Below are positions 30,339 through 38,452 of a stretch of DNA of 38,747 nucleotides, piece after piece. This stretch comes from a virus. Position numbers and translations under genes: made by a program. Position 1 is the first letter of the stretch. Every line of letters starts with the position of its first letter. The notes under the pieces are model-generated. The model was not told where the DNA came from. It saw nothing but the letters and a program-made list of their open reading frames with translations, and searched no databases. Location of the stretch: IMG/VR virus record IMGVR_UViG_3300012943_000019, positions 1-38,747 of that record; one strand, written 5' to 3'.

Positions 30339-32186
30339 TCAAAAAGTGTCTCCTGTCTGGCGGTCGCGATAGCTGGGCGGCGGGTTTCCGAAATCATCCG
30401 ATACGCTCCACGGCACGAATACCCCGCCGTCCTCAATGTACCGGAACTTGGCAACCCCGGTCTTGCCGTAGTATTTGAACTTAACCTTTAAAACGTGTAG
30501 CTCGGTTGACCCCTCGGCAAAGTCACGGTTGACGCAGAACCCGTTGTCAGCCTTGTTGTACCAATGGGAGCTATCCGAAATGTCGTACATATTCGGGATA
30601 GGGGTTTCGCCGGTCTTGCTGTCCTTCCGCATCTTGTTCGGATGGGCGGCGATCCAAAAGGAAATCTTCTTCTGCCGGGCGAACTTCCGCACCCGTCTAA
30701 GGGCCGTTCCTATATGGGCGTGTTCCGTTGTCCCTTTCGGGGTGCTGTCGCCTATCTCGTTCCAAGGGTCAATCAGGACAAGGTCGTAATCCGCTTGTCC
30801 GGCTAGGGCCAATATCCCCTCAAGGTCAATGTCGGCTTCCCCCACGTTGACGAACCAGAAGTGAGACGCCATCCATGTCATTGCCGCCTCAACGTCCTTG
30901 AACGGAGCCTTCCCCTTTTCAGGAGTATAGAAGCTACGCTGCATGGCCTTTTCGGCCAGCTTCCTGACATGGAGTTCCAAGGGGTAATTCTCGGGGGAGA
31001 AAATCAGGCACTTCCAATCGTGGATTTTGGCGAAGTTGTAGAGCAGGTTGTCCAGAAATTCGGACTTCCCGTGAGAGGGAATCCCAGTCATGATGTTTAG
31101 TTGCCCCTTGACCGCCCTGTAAAGCCCCTCAAGGTTCGAAAACCCGGTGGTAAGCCCTTTATCCATCCCCCGTTCCCAAATGACCTTCACCTTGTCCCTG
31201 AGGTCGTTAACCCCGACAACGGTGATTTTCTCTTGGGTGTCGTGCTGCACCTTTACGGGGGCTGGCTCATTTTTGTGCTCTTTTCTCTCCCCGAACCCTT
31301 GGGCGTACAAATCCTTGGCAGCGGCGTGATAATCCCCCCCGTGGTTCAGGACGCAATACATTTGGGAGGCTTTATAAGCCCGTCTAGCCTCGAATTCGGT
31401 CGAGGTGGAGAAAATGTACAGGCGTCCCGGAATATGGCCTAGGGTGGCGCTTATGGCCCTCTCATGCTTATCCGGGCGGCATAGGCTGAATGTCTCCCCA
31501 CGGCGAAGGATTGTTTTCCATCCCCGCGACACCAGCATATCGGCCATGGCCTCAATCCCGGTTTTCGCGTCGTAGTCGTCAAGGGGGGTAACCCCGCTCC
31601 CTTTCATTTCCGTTTTTTGGTAAGTGACGGTTTCCGGGGCATAGCGGTTGATTGATTCCGCCGCCGACAGGATAATTTGGGTTTCTTCCTCGGTCAGAAT
31701 CGGGGCCGCGTAGATTTCACCTTGGGTCAGGCGATAGCCGGGGGTGGGGGCGCAGACAAAGTAAGCCCCTTCGCCACGGGTTTCGATAATGACCGCCCGG
31801 TTTGCTTCAAGGGCTAGATCCTTGGTCGGGATAGTGTGGGGGGCGCGGAAAAGGATATGCCGCCCGTGATTCATCGTTTCTTCAACGACAAGGCGATCCA
31901 GCAGCTTTGGGTCAATGGCCTTAACTGCCCCGATAAAGTCCCGAATCAGGGAACCTGACAGGTCGTTTTTCGTGTCGATGTCAATGCAGACCAAGTTCTC
32001 GGAAACTTCCCCGCAAATGACCCCTACGCCCCGCCAATCCCACGTTTCCATTTCTTCGGGGGTCGGCTGTCTCTTCTGGTACTCCGTCCATGCGGAAATG
32101 GTCGGGCGCTTCTCGGTAGGGTGAACCGGGATAACCGAAAAGCCTTCGTCCCTGAGTTTCAGGGCTGTTTCTTTGATGGTCAGCAT
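30339..32186 (-). CDS. Bifunctional primase-polymerase (PrimPol) / replicative helicase
   Basis: N-terminal GFSVIPV...KRP...W......GVGVICGEVSENLVCIDIDTK is the Prim-Pol pattern. C-terminal Walker A GIPSHGKSEF and Walker B DLVLIDPW. Confidence 0.8.
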   Translation of the reverse strand: MLTIKETALKLRDEGFSVIPVHPTEKRPTISAWTEYQKRQPTPEEMETWDWRGVGVICGEVSENLVCIDIDTKNDLSGSLIRDFIGAVKAIDPKLLDRLVVEETMNHGRHILFRAPHTIPTKDLALEANRAVIIETRGEGAYFVCAPTPGYRLTQGEIYAAPILTEEETQIILSAAESINRYAPETVTYQKTEMKGSGVTPLDDYDAKTGIEAMADMLVSRGWKTILRRGETFSLCRPDKHERAISATLGHIPGRLYIFSTSTEFEARRAYKASQMYCVLNHGGDYHAAAKDLYAQGFGERKEHKNEPAPVKVQHDTQEKITVVGVNDLRDKVKVIWERGMDKGLTTGFSNLEGLYRAVKGQLNIMTGIPSHGKSEFLDNLLYNFAKIHDWKCLIFSPENYPLELHVRKLAEKAMQRSFYTPEKGKAPFKDVEAAMTWMASHFWFVNVGEADIDLEGILALAGQADYDLVLIDPWNEIGDSTPKGTTEHAHIGTALRRVRKFARQKKISFWIAAHPNKMRKDSKTGETPIPNMYDISDSSHWYNKADNGFCVNRDFAEGSTELHVLKVKFKYYGKTGVAKFRYIEDGGVFVPWSVSDDFGNPPPSYRDRQTGDTF

Positions 32187-32950
32187 TAGATGTGGGGGCT
32201 TCTGGGGTCAGAGTGATAGTTTCTGGCGCGTTCTTCGAAGGAGGGCTTTATCACGGGGGCAGCGTATTCGACCGTCCAGCGCTCTTCCGTAATCCACCCT
32301 TGGAAATGCTTGATAAACTTCCGTTCCGTTTTTTCACGCTGGATATGTGCTCGAAAGGCTAGAATGGCTGGCATAAGGAGGGGGACTATTTCTGCCGCCC
32401 TCTTTCCGTGTCGTGCTTGGAAATGCTTCCATTCAGTTTCTAGCCCACGCCGAGTACCGGGATACGCTTGACGGGCCGCGTCGAATTGGATTTTTAAATC
32501 GTTTTGTTTTCCCCCCGCGCCCCCCTTTCCCTTTTCATCTTCACTATCAATATCAGAGATTTGGTTAGGATTTTGGTTAAGCAAATCTTTCTTCAATTTG
32601 GGGTTTCCACCCAATTTTCCGCACTCTGAGCGGATACTCCTTAGTTCCTCGTCCCGAATCATGCGACGGCAAACCAAAGCCCCATCCTTTTCGTCACGCG
32701 AAGCTACCCCGTAGGTTAGAAGGTTGGTTAAGTGGGTGGTTGCTTTTTGCTTATCCAAACCGAGGTACCGAGCAATAGCTTCGTCCGGCATAGGTTGGCC
32801 GTTCAAGAGCAGTTTCCCCCGCTCCGAGGATTCGAACATGAGCATAAGGATTTCAAACCAGATGCCACGGGTTTCGTAGTCCAAGGACTGAACGCCCGGG
32901 TCTTTCCTCCAGTCTCCCGGGTAAAATTGGATATAGGGTAGTTTGGCCAT
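32186..32950 (-). CDS. DUF1376-like replication-associated protein
   Basis: LPYIQFYPGDWRKDPGVQSLDYETRGIWFEILMLMF is the hallmark DUF1376 N-terminus. TAATG coupling to the primase-helicase. Confidence 0.6.
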   Translation of the reverse strand: MAKLPYIQFYPGDWRKDPGVQSLDYETRGIWFEILMLMFESSERGKLLLNGQPMPDEAIARYLGLDKQKATTHLTNLLTYGVASRDEKDGALVCRRMIRDEELRSIRSECGKLGGNPKLKKDLLNQNPNQISDIDSEDEKGKGGAGGKQNDLKIQFDAARQAYPGTRRGLETEWKHFQARHGKRAAEIVPLLMPAILAFRAHIQREKTERKFIKHFQGWITEERWTVEYAAPVIKPSFEERARNYHSDPRSPHI

Positions 32951-33387
32951 TAGAAAGGTTTCGGCTGATTTTTCAGATGCTCAAAGAATGCTTCTCTGGC
33001 GTTATCCATTAATTCTCTGCTTGAAAACAGGAATTGCAAAACGGAGGCGGTAACGTCAGGGGCATACACCACTTGCAGGGTTTCAAACCCTTCTGAAATC
33101 GTGTTTATGTCGGAAAGAGAAAACCCGCATTTAGCGAGGGATTCCCAAAGCCGTGTACGCTCGCGGCCATCGTCGTATTCCCCCGCGTGGCAGCTTGCGC
33201 AAAGCGTAACCAAAGCCCATTCGGGGTAGTCCCATGGCTCAGTTTTGGGTCGGTAAATACGGTGATGGACGTGTAATGTGCTTGCGGAATCAAAGCAAAT
33301 CATGCAGGTGAATTGATCCCTGCTCAAAATTTCAAGCCGTTTTTTCTGCCAGCGCGGGTCGAGCAGTTTTTCGGAATATGTAGTCAT
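32950..33387 (-). CDS. HNH-motif protein (145 aa)
   Basis: DPRWQKKRLEILSRDQFTCMIC...LHVHHRIY...LVTLCASCH. Confidence 0.6.
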   Translation of the reverse strand: MTTYSEKLLDPRWQKKRLEILSRDQFTCMICFDSASTLHVHHRIYRPKTEPWDYPEWALVTLCASCHAGEYDDGRERTRLWESLAKCGFSLSDINTISEGFETLQVVYAPDVTASVLQFLFSSRELMDNAREAFFEHLKNQPKPF

Positions 33388-33402
33388 TCAAAAACCCCAT
33401 AG

Positions 33403-33476
33403 TCGATCCTGCTCCCCTTAACACGGAGAGTATGAGCAACCCGAACCTTGCAATGCAAGTCAGGGGAGCAGGTCGA
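33403..33476. repeat. Long inverted repeat / stem-loop (15 bp with 1 bulge) in the 247-bp gap upstream of the replication genes
   Basis: TCGAtCCTGCTCCCCT (33403..33418) pairs with AGGGGAGCAGGTCGA (33462..33476). The loop holds the palindrome TTGCAATGCAA (33448..33458). A related palindrome ACGCATTGCGT lies at about 33491..33501. Confidence 0.7.
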
Positions 33477-33634
33477 ATATCTTGGATTTTGACGCATTGC
33501 GTAAAATACGGTTAGTGTTGCTCATGCCCCAATATGTAATAAAGCGTTCCTGTTTCGTGTTGCTAATATTTCGGAATCTTTCCGACCACCCGCGTTTTAT
33601 TTATTGCCAACCTGTCAACGCAAGGTGTTGAAAC

Positions 33635-33892
33635 TTAAACCGTAATATTTTGAGCCAGTTCTAAAGCCTTTTCCGACAGCCTTTTAGCCGAGGCAATGGC
33701 CCTCTCCCTGACCCCTTGGTGAAAGGCCAGCTTGGACGCCTTGATTTTATCCTTTGTCTCTTGGGATCTAGGACGATTCTTTAGGGGCTTTGTTCTAGCC
33801 GCTCTTTTCTTAGGGTTGGCCCAAGCGGCCTTGCAGGAGGCGGACATTTTAGCTTTTGATTCTTCGCTGAACTTGTAGCCTTTAGGCGGCAT
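33635..33892 (-). CDS. NUMOD3-motif DNA-binding protein (85 aa)
   Basis: Repeated G/R-x-x-x-S-x-E-[ST]-K-x-K-[MI]-[SK]-A-S motifs (GYKFSEESKAKMSAS and RSQETKDKIKAS), as in homing-endonuclease DNA-binding modules. Confidence 0.55.
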   Translation of the reverse strand: MPPKGYKFSEESKAKMSASCKAAWANPKKRAARTKPLKNRPRSQETKDKIKASKLAFHQGVRERAIASAKRLSEKALELAQNITV

Positions 33893-34138
33893 TTACATCG
33901 CTCCGTGGGAGTCAAACCCGTCAATATTGGCAGCAGACTTAAACGAAATTCGTGCGTGAATATCAAAAGACGCCGCAATTTTAGATGCCCTGTTCCTTTT
34001 CGTAATTGCTGGGCCTCCGCTGTTCGCCGCCGCCTGAGACTTTTTGTTGATATGGGACGAACAAAAAGCATTGTGCGTGCCTTGAAATGCGTCTGGGTAT
34101 TTATCGCAAAAATCACACGTAGTTAGCTTGTTTTTCAT
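33893..34138 (-). CDS. Hypothetical Cys/His-containing protein (81 aa)
   Basis: Start moved to ATG 34138 (SD GAGGG). Contains CDFC...H..FC..H. Confidence 0.5.
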   Translation of the reverse strand: MKNKLTTCDFCDKYPDAFQGTHNAFCSSHINKKSQAAANSGGPAITKRNRASKIAASFDIHARISFKSAANIDGFDSHGAM

Positions 34139-34145
34139 TTTACTT

Positions 34146-34373
34146 TTACCCTCTGAAATTCCTTCCCATAGACATACCACCTACTTTAATCGCCCGGCCA
34201 CCAGCGCCTTCACGCTTGTACCTGTCGCCCGCCTTCCCGTAGCTCTCCTTAAGACTGAAACGGCCTATAAGGAGATTATGCTTTTCGCAGGCTTTACGGG
34301 TCTTGGTGACCGCTCCACCGGGGCCAATGGGGGCGTTGCAGATGTCGCAGGTATGGTTTTTTAAGGCGGTCAT
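34146..34373 (-). CDS. Hypothetical protein (75 aa, MTALKNHTCDICNAPIGPGG...)
   Basis: ATG 34373 forms ATGA with the stop of the 42-aa membrane ORF. CDIC...C motif. Confidence 0.45.
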   Translation of the reverse strand: MTALKNHTCDICNAPIGPGGAVTKTRKACEKHNLLIGRFSLKESYGKAGDRYKREGAGGRAIKVGGMSMGRNFRG

Positions 34374-34498
34374 GGTTTTACCCAGATAAGAATTGTTCCC
34401 CATACAAAAAGGGTTGACAACATCACATACCCGAATACGGAAAGTTTTCGGAATGCGCATACGGTAAGGAAAGCAATACAAAGAATCCAAAGAATCAT
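34370..34498 (-). CDS. Mini membrane protein (42 aa, MILWILCIAFLTVCAFRKLSVFGYVMLSTLFVWGTILIWVKP)
   Basis: Not in the ORF track. Excellent SD GAAGGAGG before ATG 34498. Two hydrophobic helices. Confidence 0.45.
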   Translation of the reverse strand: MILWILCIAFLTVCAFRKLSVFGYVMLSTLFVWGTILIWVKP

Positions 34499-34506
34499 AT
34501 CCTCCT

Positions 34507-34767
34507 TCATTTCCTCACCATCCTAAACCTGTTCACCCTGTACCCGTTAACGGTGGTGTACATGTACTGGGCCTTGAGGACTACCCATGGGCTACTAGAG
34601 TCCGCATGGAAGGTTCTAAGGCGGCTTACGTCACTATGCGGGGACATGGAACCCGTAGCATAGGCTATTTCAAGGCTTGTTGCGCCGCGTTTTCTGCTGA
34701 TAAGTTTTTCTACCGCGCGCAACCTCTTTGAGGTAGCGGGGTTCCCCGTCTTTTTGAGGCGGGTCAT
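34507..34767 (-). CDS. Winged-helix DNA-binding protein (86 aa)
   Basis: ...RKRGATSLEIAYATGSMSPHSDVSRLR......YRVNRFRM fits the small wHTH layout. Confidence 0.5.
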   Translation of the reverse strand: MTRLKKTGNPATSKRLRAVEKLISRKRGATSLEIAYATGSMSPHSDVSRLRTFHADSSSPWVVLKAQYMYTTVNGYRVNRFRMVRK

Positions 34768-35339
34768 CCCGTCACCTCAAACCCTTCGGCGGCGAGGGCG
34801 TCCAGCATGGCGCTTTTGTGGCTGTTGCCGATAGGCTCCTGCATGTACCCGAAATAAACGCGGGCAATTTTTACGAACTGCTCCACCGTCATCGGCAGCT
34901 TCACCAGCGGCTTGCATTCGGTGCGTAAGCGAGCAAGAAGCGGTTTTACAAGGGGGGAAGAAAACACGTCGGCCCCCGAATAACAAGCCATAGGCTTGCC
35001 GCCACTATCGAAACCGTAAAGCTTTTCGTGCCCGTCTTGGTATGCCGCCCCCAAGACAACGCCAGCGGCACCCATTTCAATCGGGTCTTCCGCCGTTACG
35101 CAGGTTTTGCTGGTCATGCTTTTCTCCTTGTAAGGTGTCCCGTCAGGGTTGACGCGCTCGATTATGTCATCGTTTCTGTCGCTAAGGCAACTTTCCCCGT
35201 TATCCGTGTATCCCCAAAAACCACCATTCAAGGGAATGTTCCAAGGATATCTCGCGGTTTTGTGTTGATTAGGCTCCGCAGGCCCCACCACTTCCCCATC
35301 CCGCCTCTTGTAATACGCGCCTTCTACTATTTGCATCAT
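34764..35339 (-). CDS. Hypothetical protein (191 aa)
   Basis: ORF with ATGA coupling on both sides. Confidence 0.6.
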   Translation of the reverse strand: MMQIVEGAYYKRRDGEVVGPAEPNQHKTARYPWNIPLNGGFWGYTDNGESCLSDRNDDIIERVNPDGTPYKEKSMTSKTCVTAEDPIEMGAAGVVLGAAYQDGHEKLYGFDSGGKPMACYSGADVFSSPLVKPLLARLRTECKPLVKLPMTVEQFVKIARVYFGYMQEPIGNSHKSAMLDALAAEGFEVTG

Positions 35340-35836
35340 TGCTCCTTTTGTTGATACTCTCGTTTAAACCGTTCTTTCCAACGCTTTGCCTTTTTTGGAT
35401 CTGGACTTTCAAGGTACACGCCGTGCTCTTGAGCGGCCCATTGAAGTACATCGTCAATGAGCCGGGCCATCTGCCCCATGTCCATGTCCGATACATGGAT
35501 TAGCCGCTTGAGTGGGTGGCCCCCTTTGGGATTCCTCTCCATGACATATGACACTTCCTCTAGGGTGCGAATATACGCTTCGTCCTTGTTCTTCGTCTGC
35601 CATATCTCTTCCATCAGGACTTTCATTATCGGCCCAAAGAAAGCCCCGTCCTGATTCCCTTCCTCCCCTTCTCGCCCCCGCGACCGCTTTACCTTCTTGT
35701 CCCGCAGAACCATTTCCCCTTCCCAGTCCATCCCCTTTGACAAAATGAATCCTGCTACCACTTCAGGGGAGCCAGGAACCACTTTTGTCAAATAGGGGTG
35801 GCGTGTGATGGGGACAACGATTTCTTTGGTCATCAT
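35336..35836 (-). CDS. Hypothetical protein (166 aa); weak NinB/Orf-like resemblance
   Basis: The C-terminal ...MGQMARLIDDVLQWAAQEHGVYL... resembles the lambda NinB tail (...EFAELLELIQAFGTERGVKW). This is low-confidence by eye. Confidence 0.55.
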   Translation of the reverse strand: MMTKEIVVPITRHPYLTKVVPGSPEVVAGFILSKGMDWEGEMVLRDKKVKRSRGREGEEGNQDGAFFGPIMKVLMEEIWQTKNKDEAYIRTLEEVSYVMERNPKGGHPLKRLIHVSDMDMGQMARLIDDVLQWAAQEHGVYLESPDPKKAKRWKERFKREYQQKEQ

Positions 35837-36216
35837 TCCTCCAAGTAGTCCGGGTGCCCAAGCTCTCGCCCCTTTTCCAAGAGCAAGTCATAATTCGCGG
35901 TGTCCTCCCGCAAAACCGTTCTCTCCAATTGCCGCCTCAATGCTTCGAACTGCTCAAAGTTCCGGCACAGGTTCAGGTTGCGAGGCCACGCGGCGGCTAT
36001 TTCGTCGTCTTCCCTGACCCTCTCCAAATGGGCTAGTGCGAGGGATTCGAACGTCTCTTGCGAAAACTCCCCTCCATGGAACGTCTGCTGAGGCCATATA
36101 GACCGCCCGTGCAGGGCTTGAAACTCCAGACATACCTTACGGGCCTGATCCTTGGTAAGACAGGCTTGCAGGGGCACGTTGAGGCTTGCACGGAGTTTCG
36201 CAGAGGATAAGGTCAT
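35833..36216 (-). CDS. Hypothetical protein (127 aa)
   Basis: ORF with ATGA coupling to the downstream gene. Confidence 0.55.
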   Translation of the reverse strand: MTLSSAKLRASLNVPLQACLTKDQARKVCLEFQALHGRSIWPQQTFHGGEFSQETFESLALAHLERVREDDEIAAAWPRNLNLCRNFEQFEALRRQLERTVLREDTANYDLLLEKGRELGHPDYLEE

Positions 36217-36226
36217 AAGGTTCTTT

Positions 36227-36259
36227 CAAAAAGGCCCGACTCGAACCGATCTCACGGGC
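36227..36259 (-). terminator. Weak intrinsic-terminator-like hairpin after the HNH gene
   Basis: Minus-sense GCCCG-16 nt-CGGGC followed by CTTTTTG. The stem is short and the loop is large. Confidence 0.25.
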
Positions 36260-36312
36260 TGCAATCCTCGGAGCCTTTAGAATACCCCGGACTGGCTGTT
36301 AGGTGGTGTGTT

Positions 36313-36837
36313 TTAGTCTGGCAATCCGATTGCGGCCTTGATGTAGCGCAAATGTTTTCTTTTGGTTGACAGGTCGGTTCCGTGCATTGTTCTGTACCTC
36401 TTGATTGACTGGTCGTATGACAAGTATCGGTGCGCTTTTGCGTGGTCTGCGATAGTAAGTTCTATCGTGTCTAAAAAGTGTTCTTGACTATAAGACCAAT
36501 GATGGTTGTTATGCCCTTCCTTCACCTTAATCTTGCATACCGCGTGATATGCCGCTTTTTTCTCTGGGTACGCATTCCTAAATGCCTTCGCCGCCCTTGA
36601 AGCCCTATCCGAAGGGGTTTTATGAATGTCTTTGTATCCAAGGCGGTGGTATTTCTCCCTCCCGCGCTTCCTTTCGGAGATAATCCATTTAGGGTCTTTG
36701 CTTTTTTCTTCCGCCCTAGCCTTGGTGTCAGCCTTGGTGCAGTCTTTGCATTTTCCCAAATAGCCGTCGCCCATGGCTGGGTGTTTGTAGAACTCCGTAA
36801 AAGGAAGGCTTTTGAAACATTTGAAGCAGGTTTTCAT
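36313..36837 (-). CDS. HNH endonuclease-like protein (174 aa)
   Basis: Start moved to ATG 36837. N-terminal CFKC...GKCKDC Cys cluster, then GHNNHHWSY...TIADHAKAH. Confidence 0.55.
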   Translation of the reverse strand: MKTCFKCFKSLPFTEFYKHPAMGDGYLGKCKDCTKADTKARAEEKSKDPKWIISERKRGREKYHRLGYKDIHKTPSDRASRAAKAFRNAYPEKKAAYHAVCKIKVKEGHNNHHWSYSQEHFLDTIELTIADHAKAHRYLSYDQSIKRYRTMHGTDLSTKRKHLRYIKAAIGLPD

Positions 36838-36875
36838 CTGAATAAATGTAGTCAAAAGCCCTATAAAACGGAAGG

Positions 36876-37418
36876 CTAGAACGGTAATTCCGAATCGTCG
36901 TGCGGCGGAGCCTGATTCTCGCTGCCCGCATCCATCGACGCCGCCCGGAGTTTCGCAACCCACTTGGTCAACCATTCCGGTTTTTCCTTGTTCACGGGAA
37001 CCAAGGGGGCCATACCGTCCATGAGGGGGGTGATGCTGGCGATGTTCGAATACTTGCCGTCCGTGGTGTGGACGAAATTCAGGAGGCAGGGACGCCCCAA
37101 GAACATATCCACGTCAAACCGCTTGAGTTCGGCTTCCGTGAAATCCCCACCATTCCATGCAGCGAGGTCGGCCCGAAGCTGGGCACTTTCGTACATGGAC
37201 GCGGTGTACTTCTTGGAAATGATGAACGGCTTTCCATCGGCCTGTTTCTTGGATGTTTCCCAGAAGAAAAGCAACTTGCGCTGGATCTTCTCTTTGCCCT
37301 TCCATTCGCCCTTGTGGCGTCCGATGTCCTCGATCCACAGGCAGACGGCGTTAGCCATTCCTGCCGGGTGTTTCTCGCGTTCCTGCTGATTCTCGTTCTC
37401 TTCGATGTAAGTAGGCAT
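36876..37418 (-). CDS. ssDNA-binding-like protein with SSB-type C-terminal tip
   Basis: 180 aa ending ...ENQAPPHDDSELPF (compare bacterial SSB ...DDDIPF). The core pattern ...LLFFWETS...ISKKYTASMYESAQLRADLAAWNG..FTEAE...FDVDMFLGRPCLLNFVHT...YSNIASITP is typical of phage non-canonical SSBs. Confidence 0.55.
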   Translation of the reverse strand: MPTYIEENENQQEREKHPAGMANAVCLWIEDIGRHKGEWKGKEKIQRKLLFFWETSKKQADGKPFIISKKYTASMYESAQLRADLAAWNGGDFTEAELKRFDVDMFLGRPCLLNFVHTTDGKYSNIASITPLMDGMAPLVPVNKEKPEWLTKWVAKLRAASMDAGSENQAPPHDDSELPF

Positions 37419-37500
37419 GATAAAAACCTTTCTCGGTTGTTTAGCCTTTTAACGCCCCTTTAGTGAACCGCTATACGCCGGGGCATACGCAAGCGGGGTT

Positions 37501-37686
37501 TTACGATGAAGGATTCTCGTAGGAGGCTATTTCATCCCCCAAGGGGTCAGGCTTATACCAAGCGACATCCTTCATAAAGTTATCCGGGTGGTGCTTCTCG
37601 GCCAGTTCCAGCAGTTCTAGTTTTTCTTCCATTCTCATAAGGCTAGGAAGGGCTTTTAGGCGCTTGATACGGTCTATGGAAAGCAT
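37501..37686 (-). CDS. Hypothetical protein (61 aa)
   Basis: ATG 37686 overlaps the upstream TAA (TAATG). Confidence 0.5.
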   Translation of the reverse strand: MLSIDRIKRLKALPSLMRMEEKLELLELAEKHHPDNFMKDVAWYKPDPLGDEIASYENPSS

Positions 37687-37847
37687 TAGCGGCGTCTCCA
37701 AAAGTACGTGTCCCAAGGGGTTGAAATATGGGCCTCACGCCAAGGCGAAAGCCGCACCCCAAACCCGAATCCGAAAAGACATACGGAAACCGTTTTGCTC
37801 TTTGAGTTCCACGTTCCGATTGCCCACGTCCAGCTTAAACGGTTCAT
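37686..37847 (-). CDS. Trp-rich small protein (53 aa)
   Basis: ATG 37847 overlaps the upstream TGA (TGATG), with SD GGAGA. The composition is unusual, so this is tentative. Confidence 0.35.
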   Translation of the reverse strand: MNRLSWTWAIGTWNSKSKTVSVCLFGFGFGVRLSPWREAHISTPWDTYFWRRR

Positions 37848-38095
37848 CACCAGTCTCCTTCGTCCCAAAGGGCTTCTTCGGCCTCTCTCTTACGTTCGTC
37901 CTGTCTCTCACACTCCGCGTCATTCTCCCGAATGGCTACGGCTTCCTCAACGGGTTCCCCGTCAGCATCCACCCAAACGCCGCCCATTTCACGGTAAGGA
38001 AGATTCCTGTACCGCTTGTAGTCGTATTCGGGGGCTTCTTCTAGGTGGGCGTCCAGTTGACGCATTTCCCACTTTTCACGCTGCGCGGCGGTCAT
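37847..38095 (-). CDS. Hypothetical acidic protein (82 aa), paralog of 804..998
   Basis: N-terminal 20 aa are 17/20 identical to 804..998. ATGA coupling upstream. Confidence 0.6.
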   Translation of the reverse strand: MTAAQREKWEMRQLDAHLEEAPEYDYKRYRNLPYREMGGVWVDADGEPVEEAVAIRENDAECERQDERKREAEEALWDEGDW

Positions 38096-38289
38096 TTGGC
38101 AAGCCCTTCCAAGGCGTCCAGTTCGGCTTTAGCAGCCCCTTTAAGACAATGACTGAGGGCCAAGGTAGGGGTTGACCCGCATGACAGGTAACCCTTACGC
38201 TCAGGGGTTTCCACTACCCACGAATGAGCGCGGCGGGTGATGGTAGCCCCCTCGGGGAGCTGGGCGAGAAGTTGGTCGAGTACGTTCAT
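38092..38289 (-). CDS. Hypothetical protein (65 aa, MNVLDQLLAQLPEG...)
   Basis: Start moved to ATG 38289, which has a perfect AAGGAG SD. The longer ORF-track version would run through the conserved upstream element. Confidence 0.6.
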   Translation of the reverse strand: MNVLDQLLAQLPEGATITRRAHSWVVETPERKGYLSCGSTPTLALSHCLKGAAKAELDALEGLAK

Positions 38290-38303
38290 TTTGACTCCTT
38301 GTT

Positions 38304-38338
38304 TGACTTCCCTAAAGGTAATCAATCCTTCCAATAAA
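38304..38338 (-). promoter_or_regulatory. Conserved 35-nt hairpin-containing element, copy B, 14 nt upstream of ATG 38289
   Basis: Minus-sense TTTATTGGAAGGATTGATTACCTTTAGGGAAGTCA. The C-to-U change in the stem keeps pairing (U-G). Confidence 0.5.
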
Positions 38339-38350
38339 TGTTGGAGATTT

Positions 38351-38452
38351 CTAGAAAAGTTTAGGGGCCAGCCAATCCGCCAGAAGATGCCCTGCTAGAA
38401 TGGCTGACATCACGAAAGGAGACAGCAAAAGCCACTTTTTAAGCGTGTTCAT
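38351..38452 (-). CDS. Mini membrane peptide (33 aa, MNTLKKWLLLSPFVMSAILAGHLLADWLAPKLF)
   Basis: Not in the ORF track. SD GGGAGAG upstream. Tentative. Confidence 0.3.
   Translation of the reverse strand: MNTLKKWLLLSPFVMSAILAGHLLADWLAPKLF

Noticed and set aside
36233-36259. tRNA-like GGTTCGAGTC (T-loop-like) on the minus strand; possible tRNA gene or attP fragment
   Set aside because: The flanking bases cannot form a T-stem (ATCGG versus CGGGC), and no acceptor, D or anticodon arms can be drawn. There is no integrase in the genome. It is better explained as a weak hairpin plus a T-tract.
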